Assembly: GCA_963681965.1 (NCBI GenBank)
Contig: OY820579.1
Span: forward strand, 3,776,001 to 3,840,000
Reading direction: 5' to 3'
DNA length: 64,000 nucleotides
DNA from: a bacterium
GTDB lineage: Bacteria > Electryoneota > JAOADG01
The notes below the pieces were generated by a model. That model was not told the origin of the DNA, did not search any database, and saw nothing but the letters and a program-made list of their open reading frames with translations. Positions 60,835 to 64,000 of the stretch are shown in pieces; within the stretch, counting starts at the first letter, position 1; the number at the start of each line of letters is the position of its first letter. The translations under genes and the position numbers were made by a program.

Positions 60835-61926
60835 TTACGACAATCCGAGCACACGCCCGATTTTCCGGAAGCTGACGAATTTGAAGACCCACTGGATCTT
60901 CGCAAATATGCTCCCCTTCATTGTTAGAAAGCGGATGCCCATCAACAGCACCAGAATCACCGTCAACACGAGTCGCACCAAGCCGTTGTGCGACACCGTG
61001 AAGCGCTCGTAATCGAATTTCTTCGGATGACTCACCGGCGGCAATTTGGGATCGCGGAATTTGACCCATGCCGGCAATTTGATTTCCGACTTGTCGTACA
61101 CATTCGGCAGCGGAACGGCGAAATTGAAAAAATTCTGGAATAATTTTTCTTCGTCGATTTTCGGATTGATCTTGCTCGATTGGTCTTTCCAGATCACCAC
61201 CATCAGGTCGGCGCAATCCGGTTCGTATGGTTTGCGCTCCGCCAATTTCGGAATCAGTTTTGCCGCTTCGTCGCGGGAGATCTGCGTTTCATCCATCATG
61301 CCGACGATCTTGCTGGCATTGAGTGTCTCGACATTGCTGCCGAAAATGGCGCGGAAATCGTCGGGATGAAAATAAGTGCGTTCGGCATGACTCTTGTCGA
61401 GATCGCGCAACGACATGCGGCACCAGCGCTCGGTGGTGTAGGGGCTGCATTCCAGCGTCGTGATCACCACCGCCTTGCGGGCGACGCGATATGCTTCCAT
61501 CAGACCTTGTACCGGATCGAACAGGTGCTCGATCACTTCGCTCAAAATCACGATGTCGATACTGTTGTCTTCGAAGGGGAGTCCGTGAATGTCGGCGGGT
61601 AGTGCCGGAATGGAAAACAGCTCGTTGCAGCGCGTGCACGCGTTGTCGGACAATTCGGTCATGATTGAATCGATGCCGAGGAATTTCTTTGCCAGTGCCG
61701 CGATATACCCTTCGCCACCGCCGATATCGACCAGCGTCGAACCATTGATCCGGTTCAACTGCTGGAGAATCGCATAAGCGATCGTCATCCGCATGGTGTG
61801 GTTGCGTTCGGACGGTTGGACACCGAAGCCGTAGATCGGGCGATGCGCCTCATAGCGACCTTCGGCGACACCGCGGTCGTAGCGTTCGTCGAGCCATTTT
61901 TTGGTAACGGTGGTGTATTCGTTCAC
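60835..61926 (-). CDS. Class I SAM-dependent methyltransferase with C-terminal TM segment
   Basis: VDIGGGEG, ADIHGLPF, SEVIEHL, EAYRVA. Confidence 0.85.
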   Translation of the reverse strand: MNEYTTVTKKWLDERYDRGVAEGRYEAHRPIYGFGVQPSERNHTMRMTIAYAILQQLNRINGSTLVDIGGGEGYIAALAKKFLGIDSIMTELSDNACTRCNELFSIPALPADIHGLPFEDNSIDIVILSEVIEHLFDPVQGLMEAYRVARKAVVITTLECSPYTTERWCRMSLRDLDKSHAERTYFHPDDFRAIFGSNVETLNASKIVGMMDETQISRDEAAKLIPKLAERKPYEPDCADLMVVIWKDQSSKINPKIDEEKLFQNFFNFAVPLPNVYDKSEIKLPAWVKFRDPKLPPVSHPKKFDYERFTVSHNGLVRLVLTVILVLLMGIRFLTMKGSIFAKIQWVFKFVSFRKIGRVLGLS

Positions 61927-62124
61927 GGATACTCCCGGTTAGATCAGAAATTCGCTGCCGATCAATCAATCAGTGCAATATATACTAGATCAAAGTATAT
62001 TTCCAGCGATTGCGCGGCGTCAGAATGAGATACGAATAATTTCAAACCGCGCACCATTTTGTTTGTAAACAGACTCTGCCGGTCGTATAATAATTCCGAT
62101 ACCAGCTATCCGACCGGAGCCGCC

Positions 62125-64000
62125 ATGACTTTCCGCCATCGCAGATTTCCACAATCAATGCTCGCTTTTGCGACGACACTCGTTTTCGCTCTGTCGTTTT
62201 TGCTTTCATTACTCCCGCAACGAACATTTGCCGTGTCGGTGCAATCGACACGCCTTCCGCACCCGTTCCAGTTTACCGAGAACAAAGGGCAGTGGGATTC
62301 CGCCGTCCTCTACAAATGCGAGGTGCGCCGCGACGGATTCACCTGGTTCCTTGAGCGCGATGGTGTCACCCTCGTCACGAGTGTAATTGATTCCTCAAAA
62401 ACGATAGACGCCAGTAGGGGCGGCTCCCCGCGGACGCCCGCAAGCGGCAACGACGTTGCCGCCGTAGGGGCGTATGGCATACGCCCTGATCATGAATCCT
62501 TTCCATTAAAATCTCACGCGCTCAAATTTAAATTTGTCGATTCCCGTAGGGGCGAACCACAAAGTGCTCGCCGAAGGCAATCGCATTCGCCCCTATCTGT
62601 TCAAGATGCTCTCACTTGTCGTTGCGAGGAACGCAGCGAAGGATCGTCCGCCGCAGGCGGAAAGCCGCAGCGAAGTGACGAAGCAACCTACTCTTTAAAT
62701 GAATCAAAGACACAGGAGGAGATTACCTTCGGTGAGCCCTTCGGGGTTGCTTCGTCATTCCACTTCGGAAGTGCTTCGCACGTTCCTTCGTTCATTCCTC
62801 GCAAATACAAAATCAGGATTCAAGATACAAGATTAGGGCGAATGCGATTCGCCCCTACAGAAAAATATTCGACACAAGAGGAAGTCGGAATAAATTCCGA
62901 CCTACCCTTCGCGCAAGCGAAGTGGATCGACACACAAGGCGAACTTTCGTGGCACAATAATTATTTTCTCGGGAATGATTCGTCGAAATGGGCATCGGAT
63001 TGTCGCAACTTTACCCGCGTGGTATATCATGATGTCTGGGAGGGTATCGATGTTGAGTGGTATGAGAGCAAGGGACATCTCGAATTCGATTTCGTCGTGC
63101 ATCCCGGTGCCGATCCCAAGCAAATCAAGATGGTATGCGAAGGGTTGGAAGGAGATATTCTTTTCCGTAGGTCAGGTTTTAACCTGACCTCTTTAAACAC
63201 AAACTCTCAAATGGTCAGAATAAATTCTGACCTACAGTTACAAGATGAACTTTCGCTTCCCACTTCCCTCGGTGAACTACGGATGTCGATTCCGGGCGCA
63301 TACCAAACCACTGCAAATGGCGCTCGTGGAAACGCTGTCACGGCACAATTCACAATCGTGGCAGAAAATCTCTTCGCGATCGATATGCCAAATGGGTATG
63401 ATCCAACCCTAACGCTCCGAATCGATCCGCTGGTGTATAGCACATACATTGGCAGCTCTGGCAGCGACGATATTCGTGGTATTATCGTTAACAACGATAA
63501 TACTTGTATCGCTACGGGAATTATTATGGGAGATCCCCAAAATTTCCCAGTAACAGCCGGCGCTTTCGATACTACTCTGAATGGAAGCGACGATTGTTAT
63601 GTCTTGAAACTGAACAGCAATGGGACGCGAATTGTCTTTTGCACAATCATCGGCGGTAATAGTATTGATAATTCATGGGGAATTTCCAGTGATGGAAACA
63701 ATGGTGCTATTATCACAGGTGTAACTTATAGTTCGAATTTTCCGTCGACAAATGGAATTCGGTTGTGGGGTGGGAGTGATTTCTTTCTTACTCGAATTAA
63801 TAATACCGGCTCTCGATTGATTTATAGCACATTCTTCGGTGGATCTGATTGGGATTATGCATATGGATTAATGGCAGATGGAACTGGAGGAGCGATTGTG
63901 TGTGGTTTAACATCTAGTGTCGATTTTCCGATAATTAATGAGGGCTTTGATACAAGTTACAACGGTAATTGCGATGGTTTTATAACCCAAATCAATAGTA
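62125..64000 (+). CDS. Secreted SBBP beta-propeller repeat protein (partial) with in-frame REP insertions
   Basis: Absent from the ORF track. Manual frame-1 translation is open from ATG 62125 (GGAG RBS) to the window end: FTENKGQW, NYFLGND.SKW, EFDFVVHPGADP, LRIDPLVYSTYIG, FPVTAGAFD. Confidence 0.88.
   Translation, partial: MTFRHRRFPQSMLAFATTLVFALSFLLSLLPQRTFAVSVQSTRLPHPFQFTENKGQWDSAVLYKCEVRRDGFTWFLERDGVTLVTSVIDSSKTIDASRGGSPRTPASGNDVAAVGAYGIRPDHESFPLKSHALKFKFVDSRRGEPQSARRRQSHSPLSVQDALTCRCEERSEGSSAAGGKPQRSDEATYSLNESKTQEEITFGEPFGVASSFHFGSASHVPSFIPRKYKIRIQDTRLGRMRFAPTEKYSTQEEVGINSDLPFAQAKWIDTQGELSWHNNYFLGNDSSKWASDCRNFTRVVYHDVWEGIDVEWYESKGHLEFDFVVHPGADPKQIKMVCEGLEGDILFRRSGFNLTSLNTNSQMVRINSDLQLQDELSLPTSLGELRMSIPGAYQTTANGARGNAVTAQFTIVAENLFAIDMPNGYDPTLTLRIDPLVYSTYIGSSGSDDIRGIIVNNDNTCIATGIIMGDPQNFPVTAGAFDTTLNGSDDCYVLKLNSNGTRIVFCTIIGGNSIDNSWGISSDGNNGAIITGVTYSSNFPSTNGIRLWGGSDFFLTRINNTGSRLIYSTFFGGSDWDYAYGLMADGTGGAIVCGLTSSVDFPIINEGFDTSYNGNCDGFITQINS

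Overview
About 50% GC bacterial DNA, probably from an FCB-group lineage (inferred from many secreted proteins with a Por/T9SS-like 'YPNPFN...QKxxxxK' C-terminal domain). Positions 1-23 kb hold a type IV pilus locus: pilB, pilC, pilT, pilQ, fused pilMN- and pilOP-like genes, three minor-pilin-like genes, and two near-identical major-pilin-like genes without a classical leader. The locus also has HDOD and REC-cNMP regulators, CRP-like boxes and a covarying RNA hairpin upstream of both pilin copies. A low-GC ClpP-class protease / small protein / PIN islet lies at 23.8-25.4 kb. It is followed by tRNA-Leu, housekeeping genes and tolQRA/exbBD-tonB-like genes, then five paralogous secreted Asp-box proteins at 40-57 kb. 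Intergenic DNA is full of GTAG-type REP palindromes, including tandem arrays. Top observations: (1) a TusA-like / DsrE / TusA-OsmC / MetE-like operon in which the MetE-like gene has an in-frame UGA followed by a SECIS-like hairpin (candidate selenoprotein and S/Se relay); (2) a secreted-protein gene carrying three in-frame REP insertions; (3) the leaderless-pilin type IV system with its structured leader. All calls are by eye; no searches were run.
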